Source of the DNA: Iphione sp. A-MEVVRFRX5
Lineage: Eukaryota
NCBI GenBank assembly: GCA_976226885.1
Contig: OZ320314.1
Location: 81,654,001 to 81,718,000 of the forward strand
Direction: 5' to 3'
DNA length: 64,000 nt
This document shows positions 51,333 through 63,620 of the stretch, piece by piece (the first letter of the stretch is position 1; the number at the start of each line of letters is the position of its first letter). The notes beneath the pieces are model-generated. The model did no database searches, was not told the origin of the DNA, and saw only the letters and a program-made list of their open reading frames with translations. A program made the position numbers and the translations under genes.

Positions 51333-54300
51333 GTGGGCAGAGGAAAGTGAGAGGATAGGTACACAGATATGGGGGTAGAATACAATAATTCAAATTGTGT
51401 CATATATATATAATCCTTGCATTTGAGTGGAATGTTGTAGAGTAGGGGTGGGGTAGAATGAATCAATTGTAATGTTAGAAGCAGGGGAAGGCGCTGAATA
51501 GTTGCAGGGACTTCAGTGGCCGGACGTAGCGGCGTTTTGTATGGCGTTGCCGAGCCGCAATGCGTGCCAACTCGATGTAAAACGCCATGAATCAGCACAT
51601 GCTCGTAAAGATGTCCGATTAAATCTATAGGCAGTCCCAGCACGATGACCAAGACAAATTTGTTCATGCACCGCTGGGTGCGGGAGTCTGGAGCTTCAAA
51701 ACATGCGGCACTTACTATTGTAAGACAGCATGCAATCTATCTGAGACTGTTTCATGAAAACTTACAGCGACCACGTCAGTCGGCCTGAAGCCATACCGTA
51801 TAACCATTTTGGGAGGGTATATAGATTTCCAATACAGAATTACTACGAACTAGAAAGGGGCTGTGTCAGTCGCAACTCTGTAGGAGGAACGACATGCAAA
51901 AAAGCTTTTAGAAAATGATGACGTGAGCAGTAGTGATACACAAATGGAGACAGATGTAGGACTGATATTCGTAGTAAAAGGTGTAGCTATTCGGTTCGTA
52001 TATAAAGTGTTAAGATGACATAGCACTCACTTATAACGATTTGTTTCGTGGGAACCAAAAAAGTCTGGAATTTTACAGGCAAGGGGTAGAGGACGTTCCT
52101 ATAACAAGAGCGGTGGGATTTTTCCATTTTATCAGCGGTGTCAAAACATCAGTTCTAGTATAATTTTTTAGCCTCAGGTTGCACTCTTGAATACACGGTT
52201 GTCACTTTACAGCATGGGCAGCCATTATATTATCACGAATACGACGCTCCGCCCTGGAGAGGTGGGTAAAAAATGCTGTCATACCTGCTGATGTGAACCT
52301 ATTTACTACCCTCGCATTGGAGAGGGTGTGAACTAAAGTTCTATGACGTGCAAGGCAATTAAATGCTTGGCAACGTAGTGAAATGTGAAGTGCCTGCAGA
52401 GCGCGAACGTGAGTCTACAGGCTGAGAGGTTTTGGGGAGAAAATTCCATTAGCGATTCGCAATAATACTGCAAATTAGCGGCAACAATAAAGGCGTCAAG
52501 CGTAATGCGTCTTGGCTAACATATGATTATGATAGATGAATTTGAGGAGCACTAGCTTTCGCCTCAAATGTTACGAATTCCAATAAGAGCTGTCCTTTAA
52601 ATAGGACTGGCTCAAAGAGGTTTTATCTCTACTAAACGCCTATAGATGTATATACAGCTGTATGAGTCCACTATTTTGTATGTGTTAGCCATAGCACAGG
52701 TGTACACAAGAGGCTTGGTACATGTCCGGGCCAGAGGAGCCGTGAGGAGCCCTTATAGCGACCAAATAATCTACTTCTGGTTTCATCACCATAGGCACAG
52801 TATTTATAAGGCATTTAATGAAAACAAACACCTTTCCAATGAAAAAGTGAAATGGAACATATGAATGACATGCAAGAATCGACGAACTGACAAGCATCAG
52901 ATCGTTTCAATATGACCAAGACGACTGTATTGTATTGCCAACAAACATCCCTAACCTGTTTAAAATACATGCACATGTATTCCCGATGTAGGTTTTGCCT
53001 TCTGAGACGTTTCACAAAGCACGGTATCAAAATATTTTATAGGAATAGTGAATCAGGTTTCCTGCGTAGGAAAGAACCGTTAGTTTAACATTCGGAAGTG
53101 GCCTAGAGGGTATAATTTGGGGCTTGCATCTAAGTGAAATTCTTTGATGTAAGAACTGCCTTTAATCAAGAATGTCGTCAACATGTCATTATCTCCCTTG
53201 TGATTCCCATGTTTGCTAGAGACTGCAAAATGTTGACAAGCAGTAAGGAATCATTTGGGTGGCATTTCTCCAGCCTAGAATAACGTCAGCATGGGGGAGG
53301 ACTGTCTTCTGCCAACTGTACGAAGCCCTTACAGTCAGACATTCCTCCCGGTTGGTCCTCAGGCCCGACGGGAGCTAGAGCAGCTGGATTCCGCTCAATT
53401 TATGACGTCCGGGTTTTGAGGTAGTGGTCGTGGTGAACCCGATACGTGCTCCAATATCCCGGCGGCATGCTAAGGAGACTAGCCCAGCTCAAGTAAGCCC
53501 TGATAGGACTGCACGTCGCTGCTGTCCGTGCAGGGCCCGGCGCGTTGTGGGATGCCGGATTTAGTCAATGTGATTAATAGTGGGAGTCAGGGAATAGGGC
53601 AGATAGAGACACAGCATCATCGGAAAAAACGAAGAGCATACCCTCAATCAGAGAGTCCAAGCGGCCTCGAGTAGGTGGTATGTAGTTGAAGCCCATGTTC
53701 CAGATTCTGCTTGTACTGGCAGGGAGTCGTTCTACTTTTCATGGAGTGCTCGTGATTGCCTATGTATTTTCAATTCCCTTGAAGCTGGATGGTATTCTAA
53801 CACATGAATAGAAAGGAAGATACACCAATCGTACATATTGTATGGATATCCTAATCAACCTTTAGAGTGTCAATCAGCCTTTAGAGTGTCAATAGTAAAC
53901 AAAAATACATGCACTATTATCACAGAATCTTTTCGTTCTGCTTTTGCTTTCGATAATCGTTCTTGTAGGCACAAAAGGCTCTTTTTCCCACTGGTATTCG
54001 AGCCAGGTGATACGATGTATGCACATAGACCTGTAGGTTGTCCATTGCCTTCTGATGATATTCAATTTTTACATCATTAGCTACCTCGACATCCACCTCA
54101 TTTTAATGAAACCCGGCTCAATCTCAATTCATGAGGTGCTATTAGAACTTGTGGTTAGTACAGACACTTGGTCAAATCATAATTTAGGTGGCATCATTTC
54201 CCACTGGCTCAATCGCCTTATAATCGTATCTCCGCCAATAGAAACATATTTTTACTCCTTAACGAATGGCAATTACATCAGCGTGAGAATTTGTCGCAGC

Positions 54301-55522
54301 AACTTGACACACTGTGCTGTCTCTGACTAGATTTGTAAGCATCAATAATCATTTGATTCCTTCTAAGAGTCTTTGCATGTCAATCAATCCTCCAGCAATT
54401 TCTGTCCGACTGTTGTGGCCTTGTGCCTTGCGGAGGCCCCATTGCCGTAGAAGACTACAGCCATATTCCAACCAATCAAACACAACGCACATGCGGATCG
54501 GTAATTGCCTCCGAGCATACAAAACATCTCACGACAGTAATTCCTATTGGTATCTCTTTAACTGGGTCACCTCTGCCATGGGACAAGAAGGAAGCTATCA
54601 GAAAAAAATGTTAGTTAGTGCCATTCATAGTGCTACCATTTGTTTACTGAGATCTTATAGTTGCTGAGGAAGCTCCATGATCAATTATTCTGGAACATTC
54701 TGTTAGTAATACTTTGTGAAGTCTAACATGCTGTAAGATGATTTGCAAGTATTCATATAAGGGAAAATTAGTAAACAGACACATTTTGAAAAATGAGATA
54801 AGTTAGATTTTGTGGTAAAAAGGAAAAAGTATATTGGCTACTGGATGAGAGTACTGAAAAAAACATTTGTTTATTCACAGTGTTCAAATCATATATGGTA
54901 GTTGCGTTCGTTGTTGAAAATATCTCCATACTGAAACTAGGCAATAACCACGCTCACTATGAGGACATCCAGCTAAAGAAGCGAAAATAATGAGCCATAA
55001 GAAAACACACGTGTCAGAACAATGCTCATATTTACAGAACTAAAGCTTTTGCTATAATGACTACCTTGCCTGCTTTCGTCGTTAATTATTCAAGGATCTT
55101 CCGCCAATGACCCCAAGAATGGAGGTCATCAGATAAGAGAAAATAGTTCCGGCTGCTGAACCGTGAACCTGTTTACAGTCTTAACTTACTTGCCCTTTTA
55201 TTGATTCTTTCCCGGTAGTTTTCTTATGACTAATTAATCAACATCCTCACATCAAAGACGGATAAAATTGGAAGTCATAATTGCTGATGAAAATGAACAA
55301 TACACTCTGATTCCTTTAACCACGCTGGGTACCTCGAGAGCTTCCTTGCATCTTCATTAAAAAGATGAAGCTTTCTTAATATACATTTTTTCACCGTCTA
55401 TGCATCAACATCAATGGCTATTTCATACTGTCTTGTGTCCTCAGATTGTGATACTCCTGACATTGTCAATTGGGAGAACTGTGTCTTCCGAATTACATTC
55501 CCTCTATAATGAATACCAAGTA

Positions 55523-55699
55523 CAGTGAAAACTCATGTAGGATATCAATCTTGGCATCGAATAATTTTGGTCTTTCCCTGATTTGTTCTACCCTTCAACT
55601 AAATAACCAGTGTAGGAAGACAGTTTAGGACTGGATAACTTTGGTCTTTGCGCTGTGTTGGCCTCCCCAGTGGGCTGGTCATTAAGAGAGTTTCAACTG
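55523..55699. mobile_element. Tc1/mariner-superfamily (pogo-like) MITE, 177 bp, TA TSD
   Basis: Left TA|CAGTGAAAACTCATGTAGG; right end reverse-complemented TA|CAGTTGAAACTCTCTTAATGACC. Confidence 0.7.
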
Positions 55700-56297
55700 T
55701 ATGTTAATGTAAACAGTCACGTCTTAATATCCGAATGACTCGTTGCATAAATTCTCTTCAGAAATTGAATTTATTCCGATATTGGGTACCATTTCCATAG
55801 TTAAAGACCACTTTGTATCAGAGACATTCGTTCGGAATTCGCACACGTTTGAACAACTTTGGTCAGCTGGCGCTTTCCCCCCATCCCCATGCAATGTCAT
55901 TTCTGTATTTCTCTAACGTTTTAACTAGGCAGACAACCCTAAGGAGTAGACAATTGAGGTTAGGACATTTGGGAACACGATTGAAGTGGGCAAAGTCTTA
56001 GGGGGGGAGGGGTTAATTTCACAACTCTCATGATGTTACTTCTCAGCCCCTTACATCTTCTCATAGCCAATGATTCAAAACTAATTGATGACCATAAAAA
56101 TTTGGGTGAGGCAAACATTTGTCATTTTTCTGCAATTTGGCTCTACAATAAAAGATTACTTGACTTGAGTTGACTTGACTTGAACAGGCCCACCACACAA
56201 GTCCCTGCTCCAGATATTTTGCATCTACGTCACACAAGTCCATGCATATGAACTACATCGGCCCTGTCCTTAACTATGCCAGATCAGTGTCTGCACA

Positions 56298-57055
56298 ATG
56301 AAGAGTGAACTGTCTCTAGCGGACAAGATATGTAAGCAGTTCCTTAACCAAGCCATTGAGGCATCTAGCTGAAGATTCTGCGATAGGGTGGACACACTTC
56401 TGTCCCATACTGAGGGGTCCTCTAAGAGAGAACTATGAGAAGTCCTGCTATCGCAAAGTAAACAAGAGATACCTCCTACTAGATCAACACACCTTTGGCT
56501 CTACAATTTCCTCCTAACGTTGGGAGATGATGGCCTATCTGTTTCTTGTCCCGTACGTTAGGCTAAGGATCTCACTGTGACAATAAAAAAACTGCCTTGC
56601 ATACTTTCAAGATATCACTGGGGTAGATGACTTGGTTAAAAGTGACATTCCATCATTGCCCAGAATGTGACTGGAGAGCAATTTTCTGAAGAACACTGGA
56701 ACAACAGAAAGAAAGCCCCCCACCCCCCCGGTCTCTTGGCTGGCTATTTTGAGAAGAACATTGACAGTGTAAATGAGAATGTGCTTTTCTTCTGGTTCCT
56801 CTCAGATTAAATCTTTGCCGTTAAAAGAATTAATGTGGTAGATGGGAAGTGGCCCAAGGGGTAATCACCGTATATCTTTGTGTCTCAATGCCAAGAGCCT
56901 CTAAGGAGCCTCTGGTCCCTACATTGGAGGACTGAGAACTGAGATGCTTTTTCCATGTGAAGGAACTGCCTCTGGCCTGGAAGGCAGACAAGAAAGCTTG
57001 TATGGCTACTTCTGTCTTTGAGAAGTTGCTCCAGAGCTTTGACAGGAGGATGACA
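56298..57055 (+). pseudogene. Decayed pogo/Tigger (CENP-B-like) transposase: two N-terminal HTH regions and the first half of the DDE_1 domain
   Basis: Hand translation across frameshifts gives MKSELSLADKI; KPLRHLAEDSAIG; RYLLLDQH; GLSVSCPVR*AKDL; HSIIAQNVTGE; AGYFEKNIDSVNENVLFF..SD*IFAVK..DGKWPK; VITVYLCVS..KEPLV; LRCFFHVKELPLAWKADKKACMATSVFEKLLQSFDRRM. This is collinear with the Tigger/JRK-type consensus (RITVLLC..PLVIG..PRCF..LPV.Y.ANKKAWMT..IFEEWL..FDRRM). Confidence 0.85.
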
Positions 57056-60000
57056 AAGATTACAGTACGTTTTCGTTCAAGAGGTTTCAAACATTATGTA
57101 GTTCTGTAGACGAAACACCGTAGTATTGACTGTTTAGATGTTTTCGAAGCGAAAGAAAAGAAAGCAGCATGTACATGTACGTTCACTCAAAGGTATTCGG
57201 GGCATATGGTCTAGAAGGAATACGTTGAAAAACGTGACGGGATATCTTTTATCTGTTAGAAATCAAACAAGTATTAATTCAGTTTTGCTTAGTCTAGTGT
57301 AAAATATGAATTTAGCCCATGGGTATGTTCAGATATGTGTATTGAATGTTTGCACACTACTAAGAGGAAAGAGAAGGAAGAAGGGAGAGATCTTTACTAC
57401 TTTACATTTTGGTCAGAAATCCTCAGACAAGATAGGCGTCATAAATAAAACTAATCATGTCTTGTAAAAGGTAGGTTTCGGACACTGATTCCAGTTTTAT
57501 GTGTGATCTTCAACACTAACAAAATTATATTTTGTTCGCCTATTTTGATCCCTATGGTATTTATTGAAACCGCATGGTCATTCCACATTCTCCTACTGCT
57601 GACGTTTTCCCGAGATAATTCAACACGAGACAAAAAGAAACATGGAGAAACAGCACGTGATCAAACGCTGAAGAAGGCTATAACGGAATTAGCCAACGTT
57701 TAAACGCACGGGGACGCATGTTTTATGCACTCACTTACACAATGGCGGAGATGGAAGCCCTCGGTCTACGTGACAAACCTATGCATACGCCCGTTTCGTT
57801 CATTAACAGGGCATGGAAGCAGCCTGTGGCTGCACGCCAAGTCTGGTATTCCAACAACCTATCACCAGACAGTCGGGGAGGAGGGACCCCTTTTCACATA
57901 CTTCAAGGACAGGTGATGCTGTTAGGTGTAAATCACCACGGCAGCTTGTTATCCGATCCAGTACCTGTCCACGTACAAGGATCGGAAATGCTTTGATGTA
58001 TTAACCATTTGTGTACATAGAAGAAATGTGTAGCAAACCCAAGCCATAGCTGCTAAGATATATGCCAATTAGGATGTAATATTCGTCTTCATTTGTAATT
58101 ATTTCATTCCTATTCATGCATTTACCAAAGAAGTATGGTTTGGTGAGTTGAAATTCAAAGCACTGCAGCATAAAATTCTACAATGTTATATATCATAACA
58201 GTAGGTATGGCTGTATTAATGCATGATGCTGACTGACGGTAGATAAGACCAAAACTGAAGTCCATTACTAAATCGTTCATCGCATGTACATCATGATACA
58301 TGTACATGTGTATACATCTGCACACATATATCTCCATATATCATTTTTCACTCCGAATCCGTGCAGCCTGAAGTCCCTTTGTACAAGCGTGTATGTGCAT
58401 GACGTGTGAGCGCGCTTTTCTGTGCCCGCGTCTGCCACCTTACCATGTGCCCCGAGGGGGGACGGTCGCCGTCTTCTTTGCTGCGCTCACGCCCCGCGTG
58501 AGCGACGTGTTTTCTGTGAGTAAATAAACCAATTAGCTTGTAGAATGGCCGGGGAGGCGCCTCGTGCTACCAACACCCGGCGTCGGCCGGCTTCAATCAA
58601 AGACATCATGGCTCATCGCCCTAACCTGCCTAATTAGATGGCCGTAAGTCTGAATAAAGCCTTGATTGGATTTAATAAACAGGGCGGTGGCCGCCGCACG
58701 GACGGCGCCCTCTGGGACGGGCCGAGATGCTATCCGCCATCATGGCACCGTGGTCCACGAAGATATGGCGCCAAACGTCTTCTTTTTCTTCCCTATCTGA
58801 ACTTCCTCTATCCAACAATCCCTCCCATACATCCCCCCGTTCCCTCTCCTTTTTAACTGCATTTCATATTCCTCCCTACCCGTCTTTGTCATCCTAAGTT
58901 TGATAAGTTCCTCTGCCATATTCATATGTCCTTCTTCACTAATACCTTCATCAAAGAGACGTTCATTTTTGTTATGCCGGTACTTTTACGTCGTACATCT
59001 AGATATTGTTTTCAATGGTATTATAGCGAACTGGCCGACAGGAACTTGAAAAGCCTTCTATGTGAGACTAAGATTGATCTTCTATGATGGTTTTGACTTG
59101 GGTGCATATACATGAATAAGCAATTGCTTTGATAAAGGAGGATTCGCTGATGCAGTGGCTGTACTCTGATATCATACCCCAATCTCGGGTCTATGCCTCT
59201 ATTTCCTTTGTGCTTGGCGGAAGTTGAATGATGAACCACTTTCCTTGGTTGTAAAGAAATTATATTGGAAATTTGTGACACAATTAATTTATGCTTTGTG
59301 CTGCAACCAGCTAAGTGATAGGTTACAAGTTTGTAGGCGGTCTAGTTAGCGGTTTCCAATACAGTGTACGCTTCTCGAATACATCTGGCTTATGATTTAC
59401 TGGAAATTTCCATAGGTGAAAACTGAATTCATTTGCCTGACCCCTTATGACATTATGCCACTCGGGACAGAGTCCCTAACAACCCCCTCCCCGTGTATTT
59501 GTTTCTAGTGTAGCTTGTAATGGCAGTACGCCATGGCCCTCTAGGGGACTTGGAGGACAGCTTAGCAGAAAAGCCGGGGTCCAGGCAAAACGACCCAGGA
59601 GGGATGAAAGAGGCCGACAGGCAATTTGGGCTCTGGTAAACAAAAAAGACAAGAATCAAAAAGCTCAATGTTGCCTGACATTGTGAAGGATGAGGGGTTA
59701 CATGAACGTATGGCGCGTAAGTCCGCCGGTCGGGACAGGCGAGGCTTACCCTACTAGATGGATGACTTGCCAACCAGACCGTCTCTCTGCTGCGATGCTG
59801 GCCGGACGCCCACTGTGAGCAGGGTCCGCCTCCAATGTCTGAGGCACCGGTGCGCCGTTTACACTCGCTATCCTGGCAGTGTCCTGATGCGTGCGAGAGC
59901 GTGCCTTGGCTGCATGACCGGCCAGTGCGCCCGGTTAACTCTGTCCTGTCGTCCTGCCGCTGGCGCAGCCGGCAGTTTGGGGCACTGCGCGTAGTATACG

Positions 60001-60543
60001 TGTTGTTGTTATTATACACAGCTGTGCGTCAAGCAATCCATAGGTACCTCTCAAGAGGAGACAGGCACGTAAGAGTAGCATCTAGAGTGTATGCTACTCA
60101 GTTGACCATCAACACACCTCCGGTCAATTTGCAGTTGGGCTCCTCCTTGTGTATATCCTGGACCGTAGGCGACGGGGGCGGACTGCAGCTTCGGAAATGG
60201 CCGACAGCCTGGTCATTATGGGAACATCAGCGAGGAAAGCAGCAACAGCAGAGACGGCAGCTAGGAGCGGCAGCGTCACCACCAAGGCTCAAGACGCGAC
60301 AGCAGGCGGTAATCTGTGAATGAAATAAAAAAGAGAGAAGCAGCGTGAAAACCCCTGTCTCAAGCAGGCAGCAGGCAGTTCTGACGAGATGGGGAATATA
60401 AGCACAATTATCCCAACCAGAGTCCAGTAGTATGAGATGGCAGAGTCGCTCCGGAGGCTTACCTATATATGTACAACTACACGGGGCTCGGCTTTACTTC
60501 AAACAAGAACACCAGAAGGAAGACATCGCTAGCTGCTGTAACC

Positions 60544-60574
60544 GGGGGCGGGAGGTGGGAGGGGTTGGGGCGGG
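60544..60574 (+). other. Canonical G-quadruplex motif
   Basis: GGGGG-C-GGG-AGGT-GGG-A-GGGG-TT-GGGG-C-GGG. Confidence 0.5.
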
Positions 60575-61147
60575 AGGTCGGAGTTGGTTGGGGGTGTGTC
60601 TTGATCATCGATACACTCAACGTTCTGACACACCTTGGGCGTGGACCAGATGCAAGACCCAGATGAAGGAAGCCGCCCTGGAGAGCCGCATAGTGGCCAA
60701 TTGCTGCGTGCCGCGTCTAGGGCGACCGGACACGATCGACAAGAGGCCATCGCAGGTCACTGGACTGTGTAATGGCATCTGGCCCAGCGGTCCTGCCTCC
60801 TACACCTGCCTCCATGAGCAACCCACTTTGAACGGCCGGGTACCGATCTATAGCATGTTGCCAACTATACCAACTATGGAAAAGAAGGCACAAAAAGAAA
60901 GCCACTTAATTATTATAAGGATCTCCACTGTATTGTCATGAGTAGTTTTCTGTACGTCAACTTTTGTGATTCATCACTATACCCTGAGGATGGGACGAAC
61001 TGCTGTTTTGTTACAGACATTCGAGAGTGACGAGTGTTGAACAAATGACTGTATTGGGTTGATAGCAAAAATGCTTATACAGCATAAGGTAGCCATAAAG
61101 ATTTGAAATAAAGGAGTGTATATACATTTATACACCAAATACATGTA

Positions 61148-61250
61148 CAGTGGAGACTTACTTAAAGACCAACCCACAGAGGATACAAAAGCAGGATAGG
61201 GATCAAAATTACCCAGTTCGAAGCTTGGTCTCATACGCAAGTTTCCACTG
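61148..61250. mobile_element. Tc1/mariner-superfamily (pogo-like) MITE, 103 bp, TA TSD
   Basis: Left TA|CAGTGGAGACTTACTTAAAGACC; right end reverse-complemented TA|CAGTGGAAACTTGCGTATGAGACC. Shares TTAAAGACC with the 4148 copy. The left TA is the end of a TACATGTA octamer. Confidence 0.85.
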
Positions 61251-62700
61251 TACATATATATTGGACATTCGTAGTCGACCTTAGTAGCATAGTAATGCAG
61301 GTCTCACGCTATATGGAAGTGAAGCCATTTACAACGAAAAAGCTTACAAAGACGAAGCCTGACATGATGCAGTGCGTGCCGAAAATACACCATGCAATGC
61401 ACATTACACCATAGGCATCGGGTATGAATGAAAGATCATGAGCATCAGTACTGACAAGATTTGTCCACTGAATGTTGCGCATTTGTCGGATGTACATCGG
61501 GCCTGTAGTAACGATGTGATCGGTCCACCATCATGAAGGATGCCCAGCAAACATCGGGGTGGCGTCGGCGAGCCGTCCGAGGCGCAGTGCCCTTCATAAT
61601 AAACATTCGACCCCATAAAGGTCGCCCTGTGACTAGGACATTCCTGCTCCATTCCCATCGAAGTTCAATAGCTAGCTGCCTTTTTACACTCACATTTACC
61701 CGACGCTAATACTAGCGGTCAGACGCCCCACTATACCCGGTGTACATCAATCCAGGAGGGGGCGACGGCGCGGCGCCTGCCCTGTTATATTCCACGCTCA
61801 TTTCTCTATGAAGTGACCAGTGAGTCTTGCTCTGGTGCAGGAATCGCGCGGGGGAAACCTCGTCAGCGCAACGTGGAAACACGCGACCCCTGGAGTCGAT
61901 AACAGTGTACTTGGCTCCTAGCACTCGTCGGCCGAGAATGTGCCCTCCACCAACATGATCTATAGCGGAGAGTTTCAATGGCAACTATTGTCAGTCTGTC
62001 CCTTTCATCCTTTAAATCTAGTCCATGCAATATATCCTATTTATTCGTTCCCAGGCCAAGAATTAACCAAGAAAATGATATAAGGTATGTTCTGATTGTT
62101 TTACGACCAGGCAAATTATGGCAAATAAAAGCAGCTGGTTTAGTAAACGTTAAGCGGCCATTTACCTCAACGGTGGCAATATCGTCTGAAGCAAGTTTTC
62201 CTTGCGAGTTACTAGGAGAATACAAGATTTCAAATTAAGTTTCTTGTGTTTTCTTGCGAAAATCACTGATAACATTTGTATCATATACGGGTATATAAAA
62301 TAGATAAAGATATACACAAAAGTACAACTCACACAATATTCCAGTCTCTTGGTACTCTTTTTATTACAAGCCAATGCCAAAATGCGGACTAATCTTATCA
62401 GTGGAAGATAGCCAGCGACAGGTTTATAAGTATGGGTCTCAGCAAATAGTCTGTCAAGTTTATGTCATACCTTTCATTAAAACACTTTGGATTGTTGCGG
62501 AAATGAAGTTGTGTGCATGGTACTCCAGTTTTTATATCATAATATTTTTCAATATTTGACTGACTTCATAATAAGAAATGTAAACAGATAAAGCATTGAT
62601 GACAAAGCTGTTGTATAGATTCCATGAATATTTTGTTTGTACAATTTTTACACTGTTAAAACATCTCCTGAAAGTAGTCTGTCCCCAGTGAAGTCTTATG

Positions 62701-62702
62701 GT

Positions 62703-62726
<24 letters not shown>
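62701..62726. repeat. (GT)n microsatellite, ~13 units
   Basis: Directly visible in the sequence. Confidence 0.95.
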
Positions 62727-62734
<8 letters not shown>

Positions 62735-63290
62735 TCTATTTTTGCATATTTGTTACACAAAAATTTATCTTTCCCGCAAACTGAACAGCATAAATGCTTC
62801 AGACATTTTAGTATACAGGATTCATAAAAACTTCTAGAAGGAACTGCACTACTTCTTTCAGTTAGCGTAGGAATATTGTCCTACTTAGGATTCTACTACA
62901 CTCTACCCCTCCCCTACTGCCACCACTTGACCTGTTTCTGCGGCCATAGGAAGGATCAGTATGTCTCATGTAGGGTGTTAGTTTCCCAACTATGCACCCT
63001 CATCCATGCTTAAAGGGTGTTCTGACATGGTTTTGATTAAAACTAATTTTAAATTGTCCATTCTGAAGTAATAATAAGGATTAAATTCTTCAATTTTTAA
63101 AAATTGGGTATCCTATTGCAAACAGAAAGTAAACGAAGCTTCTTCAATCTGATTGGGTGAAATAGGTCACATGACTTAGACTTTTAACATGCAAGTTTGC
63201 ATGAATATAACTCCCTATGCAAAAACTTTTGTTTATGGGAAAATATTCATTGAAATAGATCCAAAAGACACATGTAAAATGTGTGTGGGT

Positions 63291-63620
63291 GAGGAGTTAG
63301 CTCAGTTGTAGCACACTGGTCCACTGACTGAGAGCTCACAGGTTCAATCCCAGGCTTGGGACTCTTGATCATGACCAGAAAGATTTCCTGTAGCCCCAAC
63401 CCAGTGTAGTCCACAACTCTTAAAAAGGCTGTGGTGTATAGGATTCTGTCCCCTATGCACAAAAAGACCCCAGAAACCTATTCAAAATAAGAGTAGGAGA
63501 CAACCCTGGGTATTTTGGTCTCTCAATTCTCAACAATAGATGGTAGTATGCTACTCCAGGAGGATGTGGAAGAGCCCTGTCATGTGATAGGGAATATCTA
63601 GTTCCTGGTTAAAAATACAA
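63291..63620 (+). mobile_element. tRNA-derived SINE with Deu-domain-like core and 3' stem-loop
   Basis: A box TAGCTCAGTTGTAG (63298..) and B box GGTTCAATCC (63341..63350). The core AAAGACCCCAG...TTC..TAAGAGTAGG....AACCCTGG resembles the Deu-domain consensus as I recall it (not aligned computationally). Hairpin CCCTGTCA-TG-TGATAGGG at 63575..63592, then an A-rich end. Confidence 0.75.

Noticed and set aside
51116-51667. 183-aa minus-strand ORF
   Set aside because: Runs through a compound microsatellite; no recognisable motif.
54055-54420. Penelope-like SYLDIHL (plus strand) or APE-like HADVIAI (minus strand) fragments
   Set aside because: The single short motifs conflict with each other and have no collinear support.
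56302-56435. Initially read as another TA-flanked MITE
   Set aside because: Translation shows it is the N-terminal HTH region of the pogo transposase relic.
58689-58709. REST/NRSE site
   Set aside because: Only the right half resembles RE1 (with a mismatch in GGACAG); the left half CAGCACC is absent.
59453-60941. Long overlapping ORFs of 160-190 aa in the GC-rich island
   Set aside because: Several frames on both strands are open because of high GC content; none resembles a known protein.
63291-63362. Functional tRNA gene
   Set aside because: The acceptor and anticodon stems do not pair well, and the sequence continues into a SINE body with no Pol III terminator.
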